The notes under the pieces were generated by a model. That model saw nothing but the letters and a program-made list of their open reading frames with translations, did no database searches and was not told the DNA's origin. Source: Gammaproteobacteria bacterium (lineage in GTDB: Bacteria; Pseudomonadota; Gammaproteobacteria; JBCCGL01). From it: a stretch of 64,000 nucleotides of DNA. The position numbers and the translations under genes were made by a program. The stretch is taken from assembly GCA_965277715.1 (NCBI GenBank), contig OZ255836.1, forward strand, positions 1,696,001-1,760,000, written 5' to 3'. Of the stretch, positions 42,598-53,740 are shown one piece after another (position 1 is the first letter of the stretch; each line of letters starts with the position of its first letter).

Positions 42598-43850
42598 CGG
42601 TCAATCTCTCCGAAAACAATATCCTGTGTGCCGATAATGGCCACCGCATCAGACAGCATGTGGCCACGCGCCATTTCGTCAAAGCCCGATAGGTGCGCAA
42701 AACCCGGTGCACGGATTTTTAGCCGGTACGGTTTGTTTGAACCGTCTGAAATCAAGTAGGCACCAAACTCCCCTTTAGGGTGTTCAACCGCCGCATAAGC
42801 TTCACCTGGCGGCAAGGTAAACCCTTCGGTAAAGAGTTTAAAGTGATGAATCAGGGCTTCCATATCGGCTTTCATCTCCTCACGACGCGGCGGCGCCACT
42901 TTGTGCCCCCCCGCCTGAATAGCGCCACCGGGGTTGGCGCGCAACCAGTCGATACACTGGCGAATAATGTGATTGGACTGGCGCATTTCCTCCATGCGCA
43001 CCAGGTAGCGATCATAAGAATCACCGTTAGTGCCAACGGGAATATCAAATTGCATACGGTCATAGACTTCGTAGGGTTGTTTTTTACGCAGATCCCATTC
43101 GACCCCTGAACCGCGCAACATTGGCCCGGTAAACCCAAGCTGCATAGCACGCTCTGGCGAGACGACACCAATGCCCACTGTGCGTTGTTTCCAGATACGA
43201 TTATCCGTTAACAGGGTTTCGTATTCATCTACATACGCGGGAAAACGCCGGGTAAAGTCCTCGATAAAATCGAGCATCGACCCTTGTCGATTGTCATTGA
43301 TCTTGTCTATTTCAGCACGGCTGCGCCAGCGCGAGGCCTGATATTTTGGCATATCGCCTGGCAGGTCGCGGGCGACACCGCCTGGGCGGTAGTACGTTGC
43401 GTGTAAACGGGCGCCAGATACGGCCTCATAGCAATCCATCAAGTCTTCACGCTCGCGAAACGCGTATAGAAACATGGTCATCGCCCCGACATCCAGCGCG
43501 TGTGCACCAATCCACAACAGGTGGTTGAGAATGCGGGTTATTTCATCGAACATCACCCGGATATATTGAGCGCGCTCTGGGACTTCAACACCGAGCAGTT
43601 TCTCAATCGCCAATACATAGCCGTGCTCGTTGCACATCATCGATACGTAATCGAGCCTGTCCATATAGCCGATGCTTTGGTTGTAGGGTTTGCTCTCGGC
43701 GAGTTTTTCAGTACCCCGGTGCAACAGGCCAATATGGGGATCGGCGCGTTGAATCACTTCGCCGTCCATTTCCAATACCAGGCGCAAAACGCCGTGTGCC
43801 GCCGGATGCTGCGGGCCAAAATTGATGGTGTAATTGCGAATTTCAGACAT
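42594..43850 (-). CDS. nuoD: NADH-quinone oxidoreductase subunit D
   Basis: [30 protein letters not shown]. Confidence 0.97.
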   Translation of the reverse strand: MSEIRNYTINFGPQHPAAHGVLRLVLEMDGEVIQRADPHIGLLHRGTEKLAESKPYNQSIGYMDRLDYVSMMCNEHGYVLAIEKLLGVEVPERAQYIRVMFDEITRILNHLLWIGAHALDVGAMTMFLYAFREREDLMDCYEAVSGARLHATYYRPGGVARDLPGDMPKYQASRWRSRAEIDKINDNRQGSMLDFIEDFTRRFPAYVDEYETLLTDNRIWKQRTVGIGVVSPERAMQLGFTGPMLRGSGVEWDLRKKQPYEVYDRMQFDIPVGTNGDSYDRYLVRMEEMRQSNHIIRQCIDWLRANPGGAIQAGGHKVAPPRREEMKADMEALIHHFKLFTEGFTLPPGEAYAAVEHPKGEFGAYLISDGSNKPYRLKIRAPGFAHLSGFDEMARGHMLSDAVAIIGTQDIVFGEIDR

Positions 43851-44572
43851 CAGGATTCGCTCACAGGCGGCGTAGCTTCATTGAGGTAGCGGTTGTCTTC
43901 GCGCACTACTTTGGGCACCAGTACACGCGGTTCGATAGTAACAGGCTGGTACACCACACGGCCCTTTTTCGGGTCGTAGCGCATTTCAACATGCCCGACA
44001 AGTGGAAAATCTTTACGGAACGGGTGGCCGACAAAACCGTAATCGGTGAGTAACCGACGTAAGTCACTATGGCCATCAAACAAAATACCGTACAGATCAA
44101 ACGCCTCGCGCTCATACCAATCGGCACCATTCCAGACAGACGTTACCGACGTAATAACCGGGAAAGACTCATCTTCAGCATAGCTGCGCACCCGCAAACG
44201 GTGATTGTGTTTGTATGACAACAAATGCAACACCACGGCATAGCGGCGTGGATCGTTATCACCGGCGTCACCCTCATCACCAAAAGACAAACGCCCCGCG
44301 CTGGCACCCTCAACCCCACGGCTAAACCCCGTATTACTGGATTGATTAGTGGCCCACTCTTCATTGCCATATTCGGAATAGTCTACACCGCATAAATCGA
44401 TCAACTGTTCAAAGGCAAACGCTGCCTCATCTTTCAGGGCCTGGCATACGTTCAGGTAGTGGGCGGGCTCGACCTCAATAGTCACTTCACTATTCACCAG
44501 TGAACCTGAAATCAACGTATCGGCAAAGCGCGTTTGCAGTGTATCGAGCAGTTGTTGTCGGGTTTGGTTCAT
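43850..44572 (-). CDS. nuoC: NADH-quinone oxidoreductase subunit C
   Basis: [20 protein letters not shown]. Confidence 0.96.
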   Translation of the reverse strand: MNQTRQQLLDTLQTRFADTLISGSLVNSEVTIEVEPAHYLNVCQALKDEAAFAFEQLIDLCGVDYSEYGNEEWATNQSSNTGFSRGVEGASAGRLSFGDEGDAGDNDPRRYAVVLHLLSYKHNHRLRVRSYAEDESFPVITSVTSVWNGADWYEREAFDLYGILFDGHSDLRRLLTDYGFVGHPFRKDFPLVGHVEMRYDPKKGRVVYQPVTIEPRVLVPKVVREDNRYLNEATPPVSES

Positions 44573-44602
44573 TCGATTGGTGTCAATTAATAATCGTAGT
44601 GC

Positions 44603-45079
44603 TTAGCGTGCAATCGTGTTGGTGCGTTTGATTTTATTCTGTAGTTGAATAATGCCGTACAACAGCGCCTCGGCAGTCGGCGGGCAACCCGGCACATAAA
44701 TATCCACAGGTACAATGCGGTCACAACCGCGCACTACCGCGTAGGAATAATGGTAGTACCCACCGCCATTGGCGCAGGATCCCATAGAAATCACCCATTT
44801 AGGATCGGCCATTTGGTCATATACCTTGCGTAGCGCCGGTGCCATCTTATTCACCAGCGTACCAGCGACAATCATCACATCAGATTGGCGTGGACTGGGG
44901 CGAAACACAATCCCAAAACGGTCGAGATCGTAGCGTGACGCGCCTGCCTGCATCATCTCCACCGCACAACAGGCGAGACCAAACGTCATAGGCCAAAGCG
45001 AGCCCGTACGCGCCCAATTGATGACTTTATCGGCTGTGGTGGTAACAATACCTTTTTCGAGTATGCCTTCTATTCCCAT
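44603..45079 (-). CDS. nuoB: NADH-quinone oxidoreductase subunit B
   Basis: [20 protein letters not shown]. Confidence 0.97.
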   Translation of the reverse strand: MGIEGILEKGIVTTTADKVINWARTGSLWPMTFGLACCAVEMMQAGASRYDLDRFGIVFRPSPRQSDVMIVAGTLVNKMAPALRKVYDQMADPKWVISMGSCANGGGYYHYSYAVVRGCDRIVPVDIYVPGCPPTAEALLYGIIQLQNKIKRTNTIAR

Positions 45080-45426
45080 TCCAATGCCCCTTTCTTCCAC
45101 GCGTAAACCAGGCCCACCAGCAGTTCGATCAGGAAGATACCCATCGCGATAAAACCACTTAATGCGAGGTTATCCAGGACTATCGCCCAAGGCACGATGA
45201 AAGCAATTTCCAGATCGAAGACAATAAACAAGATAGCGACCAGGTAGTAACGTATATCAAATTTGATGCGTGCATCTTCAAATGCCTCGAAGCCACACTC
45301 GTAGGGGGAGTTTTTTTCCGCATTGGGTTTGCTGGGGGCAATGAGTCGGCCCATACTCAGAGCAACCACACCTACAATGGCCGCAATAAATAGGAAAAAA
45401 AGAATCGGCAAATAGTTTTCTAGCAA
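45070..45426 (-). CDS. nuoA: NADH-quinone oxidoreductase subunit A
   Basis: PYECGF, FDLE, KKGALEW. Confidence 0.97.
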   Translation of the reverse strand: MLENYLPILFFLFIAAIVGVVALSMGRLIAPSKPNAEKNSPYECGFEAFEDARIKFDIRYYLVAILFIVFDLEIAFIVPWAIVLDNLALSGFIAMGIFLIELLVGLVYAWKKGALEWE

Positions 45427-45579
45427 ATCGTTTGACCTCTTGCCTCTATAAAAGACTGCACAAACTCGTACAGTTGTAGTTCAAAATTGCATTTTGTTCA
45501 AATTATTGAAGAAAATAAAGCACTTTGTTCAACAACTTATACTTTCATATTGTGCTATTTTCGTACTCAAGTTATACGT

Positions 45580-45664
45580 TGGTGCCGACGCCCGGACTCG
45601 AACCGGGACGGCTTTCGCCACTACCCCCTCAAGATAGCGTGTCTACCAATTCCACCACGTCGGC
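45580..45664 (-). tRNA. tRNA-Leu (GAG)
   Basis: GCCGACGTGGTGGAATTGGTAGACACGCTATCTTGAGGGGGTAG...GTTCGAGTC...CGTCGGCACCA; long variable arm; follows secG. Confidence 0.97.
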
Positions 45665-45691
45665 TTATTTTTGAACCTTAAACAGGGTTGG

Positions 45692-46045
45692 TTACTGATC
45701 TATTTCTGGTACGTCGTCTTCTTGTTCGGGTGCCATTTTCTCAGCTTCTTCCGGGATAACAACACTCTCCTCGGGCACCGGCAGTGTATCCGTCACACTA
45801 CCCAGTTCGCTGCTGCGCTGCGCTGCAAGGTAAAACAGCGTCAAACTCGTTAGAAAGAATAAAACCACCATACCCGTAGTCAACCGCGTCAGAAACGACC
45901 CCGAACCGCGTGAACCAAAAACGGTTGCCGAGGCACCTGAACCAAATGCAGCACCCGCATCGGCCCCTTTGCCGTGCTGAACCAACACCAGGCCAATGAC
46001 GACAACCGCCAGTAACACATGAACGACTAAAATAATCGATTGCAT
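45692..46045 (-). CDS. secG: Preprotein translocase subunit SecG
   Basis: QHGKGADAGAAFGSGAS.TVFGS.G. Confidence 0.97.
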   Translation of the reverse strand: MQSIILVVHVLLAVVVIGLVLVQHGKGADAGAAFGSGASATVFGSRGSGSFLTRLTTGMVVLFFLTSLTLFYLAAQRSSELGSVTDTLPVPEESVVIPEEAEKMAPEQEDDVPEIDQ

Positions 46046-46114
46046 AAAAATTCTCTGCTTTACCTAAACAGTTAATCGGCAACTAACCTAATCCGCCATT
46101 AATCAGGCAGCGCG

Positions 46115-46867
46115 TTATTGCGCCGCACGGCAAATCGCCACAAAATCATCGCTGTTTAGGGCAGCGCCACCAATCAAACCACCGTCGATATCTTGCATAG
46201 CGAATAACTCACCCGCATTACCCGGCTTTACACTACCACCATATAAAATACGTATCGACTCGGCGATGCCAACATCCAGTTTGGCAATTTTATCACGAAT
46301 AAATTTGTGTACTGACTGCGCCTGTTGTGGGGTGGCCGTTTTCCCGGTTCCGATGGCCCACACAGGCTCATAGGCGATAACCGCCTTACCCAGTGACGCT
46401 ACACCGGCCAAATCGATAACTGCGTCAAGCTGACGGCCTACAATGACTTCAGTTTGCTGGTTTTCACGCGCTTCAAGCGATTCGCCCAGGCAGAGTATTG
46501 GTGTTAAACCCGCACGTTGCACGGCAATATATTTTGCCGCGACCTGCCCGTCGGTTTCAGTATAGATAGCACGGCGCTCAGAGTGTCCCACTATAACGTA
46601 TTCGCAGCCACATTCGGCCAGCATTGGCGCGGAAACTTCGCCTGTAAAAGCACCGGAATCCTGATCACTGGCATTCTGTGCCCCCAGTTTCAATCGGGAG
46701 TCAGCGATACCCGCAAGCACGCTGTGCAAATGCACATATACGGGGCAGACAACAACTTCGACGGCAGACACATCGGTAAGATAAGCAGCAATTTCAGAGA
46801 CCAAAGCAGAAGCACTGGCGATCGAGCCATTCAGCTTCCAGTTACCTGCCACCATTGCTTTTCGCAT
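46115..46867 (-). CDS. tpiA: Triosephosphate isomerase
   Basis: AGNWK, GHSERR, AYEPVWAIGTG, YGGSV. Confidence 0.98.
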   Translation of the reverse strand: MRKAMVAGNWKLNGSIASASALVSEIAAYLTDVSAVEVVVCPVYVHLHSVLAGIADSRLKLGAQNASDQDSGAFTGEVSAPMLAECGCEYVIVGHSERRAIYTETDGQVAAKYIAVQRAGLTPILCLGESLEARENQQTEVIVGRQLDAVIDLAGVASLGKAVIAYEPVWAIGTGKTATPQQAQSVHKFIRDKIAKLDVGIAESIRILYGGSVKPGNAGELFAMQDIDGGLIGGAALNSDDFVAICRAAQ

Positions 46868-46947
46868 TACTGAGTTCCGGCGCACAAAAGCGCGGAATAA
46901 TACAGACCTAATCGAGGCAAATCAATCTTTTGCACGATAAAAGTCAA

Positions 46948-47036
46948 TGTCGAAGGGTGCTTCTTGGCAGGAGCATGGCGATGCCTACCTGGCATTGCGT
47001 TTGGGGAGAAACGCAGAATTTACACACCCTTCAATA
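46948..47036. other. Multibranched inverted-repeat element (candidate structured RNA or small repeat)
   Basis: Outer stem gaagggtg/cacccttc encloses three hairpins: cttct/aggag, atgcc/ggcat, tgcgttt/aaacgca. Confidence 0.45.
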
Positions 47037-47130
47037 CCCAGCAGCTAAAGAGTGGGGAAGCTCTATCGCTAACAACGAACGGTATCGCCGCAGCTTAACA
47101 AAACGGTTAAAACCCCACTTTCACCCGGCA

Positions 47131-47694
47131 CTAACCATTTCGTGTTTGAAGTGCTTGCATAAACCTGTCACGAATTACCACCGGGTCCATCTGGATCACA
47201 GGTACTTTGATATTTCCCGATTCACATTTGCAGATGATGATGGTCATTTTATCGCTATCCAGCGCCTCCTGAACAGTTTTAGCCGCATCCTCTGGTTGGC
47301 ACTCTTTTACGTTTTCACAACCACACGCGCTCGCTACCGCAGCAAGTGATGTTTTTTTGCCCGCATAGGTAGGCTGATCACCCGTTGAACCATAACTGCC
47401 ATTGTCGATCACTAATAAAATAAAGTTATCAGCAACATTATTGGCAATGGTTGGCAGGGTGCCAAAATTCGTCAACACAGAACCATCACCGTCAATCGAA
47501 ATCACTTTTTGCTTCTGCGCCAATGCCAAACCCAAGCCAATTGACGAGGATAAACCCATCGTTCCCAACATGTAAAAGTTAGTGGCCTGGTCGTCGAGCA
47601 TATGCAGTTCCTGACTCGGTAAACCAATATTGCACACCACAAAATGGTCAGATATCACCGGCACCAGTTGTTTTAATACCTCTGAGCGAATCAT
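47131..47694 (-). CDS. comE: Sulfopyruvate decarboxylase beta subunit
   Basis: VCNIGLPSQEL, NFYMLGTMGLSSSIGLG, ThDP motif DGDGS...DNGSYGSTGDQ. Confidence 0.88.
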   Translation of the reverse strand: MIRSEVLKQLVPVISDHFVVCNIGLPSQELHMLDDQATNFYMLGTMGLSSSIGLGLALAQKQKVISIDGDGSVLTNFGTLPTIANNVADNFILLVIDNGSYGSTGDQPTYAGKKTSLAAVASACGCENVKECQPEDAAKTVQEALDSDKMTIIICKCESGNIKVPVIQMDPVVIRDRFMQALQTRNG

Positions 47695-47697
47695 AAA

Positions 47698-48201
47698 TTA
47701 GTACCCCTTCCAGAAAGAGGCGTCCGTCAGGATCGCCACGGGTTTATTACACATGAAGGTATAGGCCAGAATCTTATCAAGCTCGTTGATATCGTCTTCA
47801 TGGTGAAAGTGGTAGGTGGGAATATTCAGCTGCGCCAACAGGGCTTTGGTATGAACCGCCATCTCAACCTGACAGGCAACAGGCTCACCTAGCTCACCAC
47901 GGTAGCTGATCAGCATAGGCAGCGGCATCCGGTAGTATTGTGTCAACGTCACGAGCGTGTTGATTGTCACGCCAATCGCCGTATTCTGCATAATAATCGC
48001 GGGGCGTTTACCCCCCATAAAAGCACCGGCACAAAGACCTATGCCTTCATCTTCTTTATTGGAGGGGATATGGTAAATGTCGTCACAGGCATCGATTTTT
48101 TCGATTACTCCTGCTAACTGTTTACAGGGAACGGTCGTTACAAACTCAATGTTGTTCCGAACGAAGTCAGCAACAATTCTGTCATCGATTGACAAGGCCA
48201 T
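47698..48201 (-). CDS. comD: Sulfopyruvate decarboxylase alpha subunit
   Basis: VTTVPCKQL, EDEGIGLCAG, MQNTAIG, SYRGE..E...Q. Confidence 0.88.
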   Translation of the reverse strand: MALSIDDRIVADFVRNNIEFVTTVPCKQLAGVIEKIDACDDIYHIPSNKEDEGIGLCAGAFMGGKRPAIIMQNTAIGVTINTLVTLTQYYRMPLPMLISYRGELGEPVACQVEMAVHTKALLAQLNIPTYHFHHEDDINELDKILAYTFMCNKPVAILTDASFWKGY

Positions 48202-48273
48202 TTCACTCTACTGGTTAATATCGGTTCACTATAAATTAAATATTATCTTTACTCAAACAATATGTATTTAATA

Positions 48274-48298
48274 TTTTATAAAGAAAAACTTTATAAAA
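48274..48298. promoter_or_regulatory. Palindromic operator candidate upstream of comD
   Basis: ttttataaag-N5-ctttataaaa in the AT-rich lysR-comD spacer. Confidence 0.5.
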
Positions 48299-48305
48299 AC
48301 ACACT

Positions 48306-49196
48306 TCACCCGCCTGACGTTTGTTCTCTGGCAATAATCCGCTCCACCTGTTCGAGCAATTTGTCGATTAAACGTCCCTTTGAACAATCCGAGCGAGCCA
48401 ATAGACCGAGGACTCTAAAACCCGGTGTTGAGGGCAGCCGAATTTTTCGCAATTTTTTAAATATAGGGTCTGGCACACAGCTATTGGGGACGATTGAAAT
48501 ACCTAAATTATGCGACACCATGTTTGTTACAGATTCCAATGATTCCATCTCCATTGCAGTGCGAATAGAAATATTATTTCTCAACAGCCACTCCTGTATC
48601 AACTCACCCACTACCGCCTGACGCTCAAGGCCAATATAAGGCATCTCTTTCAGTAGGCGCACGGGGTCATTTCCGTTTATCTCTGCCGGTGTCAATAGTA
48701 TTAATTCTTCCTCGACAAACGGTCGCCAGGTCAAATTGGCAGCAACCCTTGGCGGTTGGGTTAAAATTGCGGCATCCAGGACACCGCGTTCAACTTGTGT
48801 ATATAAAGCACCGGATAAGCCCGGCACCACACGCACATGTAAGGCCGGGTAGCTATAGACCAATTCTTTAATGGATAAAGGCACCAGTTCCCGAATCGAC
48901 GATGGGACAGCTCCCAGTGTCAGTTCACCAAATAACTGCGCTTCCCCAACAAGATCATCCAGTAACGTGTCATACGAATAAATCAGCTTTTGCGCTTTTG
49001 GCACCAGCGCTTTTGCGAGCTGGTTGAGTTCGGGGCTTCTTTTTGTTCGATCAAATAGCGAAACCTGAAGTACCGCTTCCAGGCGTTTCATCTGTTGCCC
49101 CACAGCGGCGTGTGAGACATTGACAGAATCAGCCGCTGCACCAAAACTGCCCTGCTCGGCAATCGCGACCAACGTTTTTAAAAGTGAAATTGTCAA
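48306..49196 (-). CDS. LysR-family transcriptional regulator
   Basis: N-terminal HTH (GSFGAAA...SHAAVGQQMKRLE...LFDR); 296 aa. Confidence 0.93.
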   Translation of the reverse strand: MTISLLKTLVAIAEQGSFGAAADSVNVSHAAVGQQMKRLEAVLQVSLFDRTKRSPELNQLAKALVPKAQKLIYSYDTLLDDLVGEAQLFGELTLGAVPSSIRELVPLSIKELVYSYPALHVRVVPGLSGALYTQVERGVLDAAILTQPPRVAANLTWRPFVEEELILLTPAEINGNDPVRLLKEMPYIGLERQAVVGELIQEWLLRNNISIRTAMEMESLESVTNMVSHNLGISIVPNSCVPDPIFKKLRKIRLPSTPGFRVLGLLARSDCSKGRLIDKLLEQVERIIAREQTSGG

Positions 49197-49225
49197 GGAT
49201 ACCCCTCTTCCGCAGTTACGCCTAC

Positions 49226-49386
49226 CAGAAGTCCGCCGGGTTTAGGCGCCCGTAGCGGGGAAAACCGGTTCGAGCCATTTCTTGCGCACGGTGAGGATAA
49301 GTGGTTCTGTTTGACGAAATAGTGCGCAAAAAAGGGCCAGGTCGGCTTTTATGTAGTAGAGCGATCCTGAACCCGACAGGCTACTG
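49226..49386. mobile_element. 161-bp MITE-like element with degenerate 21-bp terminal inverted repeats
   Basis: Left cagaagtccgccgggtttagg versus reverse complement of the right end cagtagcctgtcgggttcagg (16/21); inner arms ttgcgcac/gtgcgcaa; partial second copy at 6025. Confidence 0.75.
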
Positions 49387-49438
49387 CCCCCTGTATTAAC
49401 AACCTATACACAACCAAACGCAGGAGCCATAAAACAAT

Positions 49439-50779
49439 TTAACCCGTTACAGCCTCACGTACCGCAGCAGCCACCCGGTTACAAATTTTCTCAACATCAC
49501 TGGCTACCCGCCCTTCCACCATCACCCGGACTAAAGGCTCAGTACCCGACAACCGCAATAAGACACGCCCGGCATCACCCAATTCCCTTTCGGCTTCAAC
49601 CACAGCCTGTCTCACCGCGTCATTCGTATCGAGGTCGATAGACTTTTCCAACGGGACGTTGATCAGTATTTGTGGGTAACGGGTCATACCCGATTTCAGC
49701 TCAAACAAACTGGTGCCTGTCTCACTCATATAAGCGAGTACTTGCAAGGCAGCCACGATGCCATCACCCGTGGTGGTTTTATCCAGGCAAATCAAATGGC
49801 CCGATGCTTCACCGCCCAATACCCAACCACGTTGTTCCATCACTTCATGCACAAACCGATCACCCACGGCAGCACGCGCAAAGTCGATACCCAGGTCACG
49901 CAACGCATGCTCAAGGCCCAGGTTTGACATCATGGTACCCACAACGCCTTTGACCTCGGCACCCGATTCCTGGCGGGATCGGGCGATGATGTAGAGCAAC
50001 TCATCGCCATCGACCACTTCACCGCGGTTGTCGACCATAATCAAACGATCGGCATCGCCATCCAGTGCAACCCCGACATCAGCGCTCTCTAACATCACAT
50101 GCGCACGCAGGTCATCGGGTGATGTCGAACCACACCCCTGGTTAATATTCAACCCATCCGGCTCGGCCCCAACTGAGATAACATCGGCACCCAGCTCGCG
50201 AAATACCCGTTGCGCAACAGCATAAGCGGCACCATTGGCTGCATCGACAACCATTTTCATGCCGTCCAAACGCGCACCAGCGGTAAACGTGCTTTTACAG
50301 TATTCGATATAGCGGCCTCCGGCATCACCAATACGCACAGCACGTCCCAGCTCGGCAGAATCAACCGTATCCATCGGTTTTTTCATCATCTCTTCAATCG
50401 CTGCTTCGGTTTCATCCGGTAATTTTTGCCCCTCACTGCAGAAGAACTTAAGACCGTTATCGCGATAAGAGTTATGCGATGCGCTAATAACAATACCGGC
50501 TGCGGCGCGAAAGGTGCGGGTGAGGTAAGCGACTGCCGGTGTTGGCATCGGCCCCAGCAATTGGCTGTTGACCCCAGCAGATGAAAGCCCAGCTTCCAAT
50601 GCAGACTCAAACAGATACCCGGAAATACGCGTGTCTTTACCAATCAATACCTCCCGGTTACCCTGCGATGCCAGTACTTTACCTACCGCCCAACCCAGCT
50701 TTAGCACAGAACTGGCTGTCATCGGTTCAACGCCGACACGCCCGCGAATACCATCCGTTCCAAAATAGTTTTTACTCAT
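49439..50779 (-). CDS. glmM: Phosphoglucosamine mutase
   Basis: [35 protein letters not shown]. Confidence 0.97.
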   Translation of the reverse strand: MSKNYFGTDGIRGRVGVEPMTASSVLKLGWAVGKVLASQGNREVLIGKDTRISGYLFESALEAGLSSAGVNSQLLGPMPTPAVAYLTRTFRAAAGIVISASHNSYRDNGLKFFCSEGQKLPDETEAAIEEMMKKPMDTVDSAELGRAVRIGDAGGRYIEYCKSTFTAGARLDGMKMVVDAANGAAYAVAQRVFRELGADVISVGAEPDGLNINQGCGSTSPDDLRAHVMLESADVGVALDGDADRLIMVDNRGEVVDGDELLYIIARSRQESGAEVKGVVGTMMSNLGLEHALRDLGIDFARAAVGDRFVHEVMEQRGWVLGGEASGHLICLDKTTTGDGIVAALQVLAYMSETGTSLFELKSGMTRYPQILINVPLEKSIDLDTNDAVRQAVVEAERELGDAGRVLLRLSGTEPLVRVMVEGRVASDVEKICNRVAAAVREAVTG

Positions 50780-51633
50780 AGTGTATTAATCCTGGATTCC
50801 GCTGAACCGCTAACGGCACTGACAATTTTCATCGCTTCTACAGTTGCACCCACATCGTGCACCCGAATAATTTTTGCCCCTTTAGTTGCAGCGATAACCG
50901 CTGCCGACAAGCTACCTGCCAACCGCTGGCCCAGTGGTACTTGCAACACTTGTCCAACCATGCTCTTACGTGAAATACCCACCAATATTGGCCTGTCCAG
51001 TGCACTGAATTTATCTAATTGATTGAGTAACTGTAGGTTGTGTGACAGGTTTTTACCAAACCCAAACCCTGGGTCAACCAGTAACTTATCACGCGCAATG
51101 CCTGCCGCGACACAAGCCGTGATTCGCTCGTTGAGAAATGCGATAACATCGACTGTCACATCATCGTAATAGGGGTTATCCTGCATAGTGCCCGGCTCGC
51201 CCTGCATGTGCATCAAACAGACCGGCACACCAAGCGATACCGCCATGTGTAGCGCACCAGGCAGACATAGGGCGCGCACATCGTTAATTATGCCTGCACC
51301 CGATGCCACTGCACCGGCCATAACTGCCGGTTTGCTGGTGTCTATTGAAATCACTACGTCGAATTCTTTACTAATTGCCTCAATAACCGGCGCGACGCGA
51401 TCCAACTCTTCGTCGGCCTCAACCGCCCGCGCACCGGGGCGGGTGGATTCACCGCCGACATCGATGATAGAGGCTCCCTCATCGACCATCACACGCACCT
51501 GTTCAAGTGCGGCCTGTACCGAGAAAAAATGCCCCCCATCAGAAAACGAATCAGGGGTTACATTTAAAACCCCCATAACAACCGGCTCGCTAAGCGAGAG
51601 TGGCTTACCACCGCAATCAAGCCGTTGTTGCAT
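50776..51633 (-). CDS. folP: Dihydropteroate synthase
   Basis: [37 protein letters not shown]. Confidence 0.97.
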   Translation of the reverse strand: MQQRLDCGGKPLSLSEPVVMGVLNVTPDSFSDGGHFFSVQAALEQVRVMVDEGASIIDVGGESTRPGARAVEADEELDRVAPVIEAISKEFDVVISIDTSKPAVMAGAVASGAGIINDVRALCLPGALHMAVSLGVPVCLMHMQGEPGTMQDNPYYDDVTVDVIAFLNERITACVAAGIARDKLLVDPGFGFGKNLSHNLQLLNQLDKFSALDRPILVGISRKSMVGQVLQVPLGQRLAGSLSAAVIAATKGAKIIRVHDVGATVEAMKIVSAVSGSAESRINTL

Positions 51634-51657
51634 CGCTGGAACCTCTAAAAAACCGAT

Positions 51658-51687
51658 AAAAAAAGCGACAGTGTTGCCACTGTCGCT
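51658..51687 (-). terminator. Intrinsic terminator between ftsH and folP
   Basis: 10-bp stem agcgacagtg/cactgtcgct followed by a T run on the minus strand. Confidence 0.8.
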
Positions 51688-51711
51688 CTATGCACACCCA
51701 ATACAGGTAAA

Positions 51712-53646
51712 TTAATGCAAGCTGGCAGGGCCACCAATTGAGGATTCTTTATCCGATTTACCCTCGGCTGAAGCTGACGCCTCCACCGGTTTACCTGAGC
51801 CCGGCGTGTCATCATCATACCAGTCCGACGGTGGGCCAGGTTCTTTACCCTCCATAATTGCATCGATCTGGCCTGAATCAATGGTTTCATATTTCATCAA
51901 GGCCTCAGACATCGCGTGTAGTTTACTGAGGTTTTCATCGAGTAAAGTACGCGCCCGTTGATAATTTCTATCGATTAACGAACGGATTTCCTCATCTATG
52001 GATGTAACGGTGGCAGGCGATATCGGTTTTTGTTGTGTGGTTGACCGACCGAGAAATACCTCACCTTCCTCCTTACTGTAAGCCAGTGGCCCCAGTTTTT
52101 CAGATAGGCCCCACTTGGTTACCATATTGTGCGCCAGCTCGGTGGCACGTTCAATGTCATTGGAGGCACCTGTAGTGACCGCCTCGGGTCCAAAAATTAT
52201 TTCCTCCGCCAAACGACCGCCATAGAGCGAGGAAATTTGGCTTTCCAGCCGCTGTTTGCTGTAACTGTACCGGTCTTCCTCTGGTAGAAACATGGTAATA
52301 CCGAGGGCGCGACCACGCGGAATAATCGATACTTTGTAAACAGGATCATGCTCCGGCACCAGGCGCCCCACAATCGCATGCCCAGCTTCGTGGTAGGCGG
52401 TGAGTTTCTTCTCATCTTCACTCATCACCATCGATTTGCGCTCTGCGCCCATCATGATTTTATCTTTGGCGCGCTCAAACTCCTCCATTTGCACAACACG
52501 CTTATCGGCGCGTGCGGCAAACAACGCCGCCTCATTAACCAGATTGGCCAGATCAGCCCCCGAAAAACCCGGTGTTCCCCGTGCAATCAGATCAGGCCGT
52601 ACATTTTCAGCGATAGGCACTTTACCCATATGTACGCGTAAAATTTGCTCACGGCCACGAATATCCGGTAGGGGCACAACAACCTGGCGGTCAAATCTGC
52701 CAGGTCGTAACAAAGCAGGATCAAGCACATCAGGGCGGTTGGTTGCAGCGATAACGATAATGCCTTCATTGCCTTCAAAGCCGTCCATTTCCACTAATAA
52801 CTGATTGAGCGTTTGCTCGCGTTCGTCGTGCCCGCCGCCTAAACCGGCGCCGCGATGACGGCCAACGGCGTCGATTTCATCGATAAAGATAATGCAGGGA
52901 GCATGTTTTTTGGCCTGCTCGAACATATCGCGCACACGTGATGCACCGACCCCAACAAACATTTCGACAAAATCAGAACCGGAAATTGTAAAGAAAGGCA
53001 CTTTTGCCTCACCGGCAATCGCCTTGGCCAGCAATGTTTTACCTGTACCGGGAGACCCTACCATCAGCACGCCACGTGGAATCTTCCCTCCTAGCTTCTG
53101 GAATTTACCGGGGTCACGTAGAAATTCGACCAGTTCAAATACTTCCTCTTTGGCCTCTTCGACTCCGGCAACATCGGCAAATGTCACCTTTACCTGATCC
53201 TCACCCAGCAAGCGCGCTTTACTTTTACCAAACGACATGGCCCCACGACCGCCACCACCGCCCTGCATTTGCCGCATAAAAAATATCCATATACCAATTA
53301 ACAACAAGAACGGAAACCAATTGATCAGTAGCTGTGTCAGCAGGCTGCTCTCCTGTGGTGGATTGGCGCGAATCTCCACATTGGCATCGAGTAGGTCACC
53401 AATCATTGAGCGATTATCCGTCTCCGGACTATAGGTGGTAAAAAATTCTCCCGTGGTGGAGTGCCCCTGAATCTGGCGACCATCAATAGTGACCGAGGCC
53501 ACGCGGCGCTGTTTAACTTCGCTCATAAACTGCGTGTAACTCAGCCCATTGGCAGGCTGTTGCTGACCGCCCAGACTGTTGAAAACGGTCATCAATATAA
53601 CGGCGATCACTGCCCACAACAGGACATTTTTAATTAAATCGTTCAA
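51712..53646 (-). CDS. ftsH: ATP-dependent zinc metalloprotease FtsH
   Basis: [26 protein letters not shown]. Confidence 0.98.
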   Translation of the reverse strand: MNDLIKNVLLWAVIAVILMTVFNSLGGQQQPANGLSYTQFMSEVKQRRVASVTIDGRQIQGHSTTGEFFTTYSPETDNRSMIGDLLDANVEIRANPPQESSLLTQLLINWFPFLLLIGIWIFFMRQMQGGGGGRGAMSFGKSKARLLGEDQVKVTFADVAGVEEAKEEVFELVEFLRDPGKFQKLGGKIPRGVLMVGSPGTGKTLLAKAIAGEAKVPFFTISGSDFVEMFVGVGASRVRDMFEQAKKHAPCIIFIDEIDAVGRHRGAGLGGGHDEREQTLNQLLVEMDGFEGNEGIIVIAATNRPDVLDPALLRPGRFDRQVVVPLPDIRGREQILRVHMGKVPIAENVRPDLIARGTPGFSGADLANLVNEAALFAARADKRVVQMEEFERAKDKIMMGAERKSMVMSEDEKKLTAYHEAGHAIVGRLVPEHDPVYKVSIIPRGRALGITMFLPEEDRYSYSKQRLESQISSLYGGRLAEEIIFGPEAVTTGASNDIERATELAHNMVTKWGLSEKLGPLAYSKEEGEVFLGRSTTQQKPISPATVTSIDEEIRSLIDRNYQRARTLLDENLSKLHAMSEALMKYETIDSGQIDAIMEGKEPGPPSDWYDDDTPGSGKPVEASASAEGKSDKESSIGGPASLH

Positions 53647-53740
53647 GGTTTACCCCAAAACACAATGAGTGAGAAACGTACAGAATGCATAATTTCATTT
53701 CTATATTAACGGCAGATAAGGCGCGCAAATGCTGACCCTA

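Noticed and set aside
44250-44380. Insertion in NuoC and unfused nuoC/nuoD
   Set aside because: A known lineage feature of several gammaproteobacterial groups; useful for taxonomy but not novel
46948-47036. Cloverleaf element as a tRNA gene
   Set aside because: No TTC T-loop, D-loop GG context or CCA end on either strand
46930-47349. 139-aa ORF opposite comE
   Set aside because: Overlaps comE antisense and the structured intergenic element; no motifs
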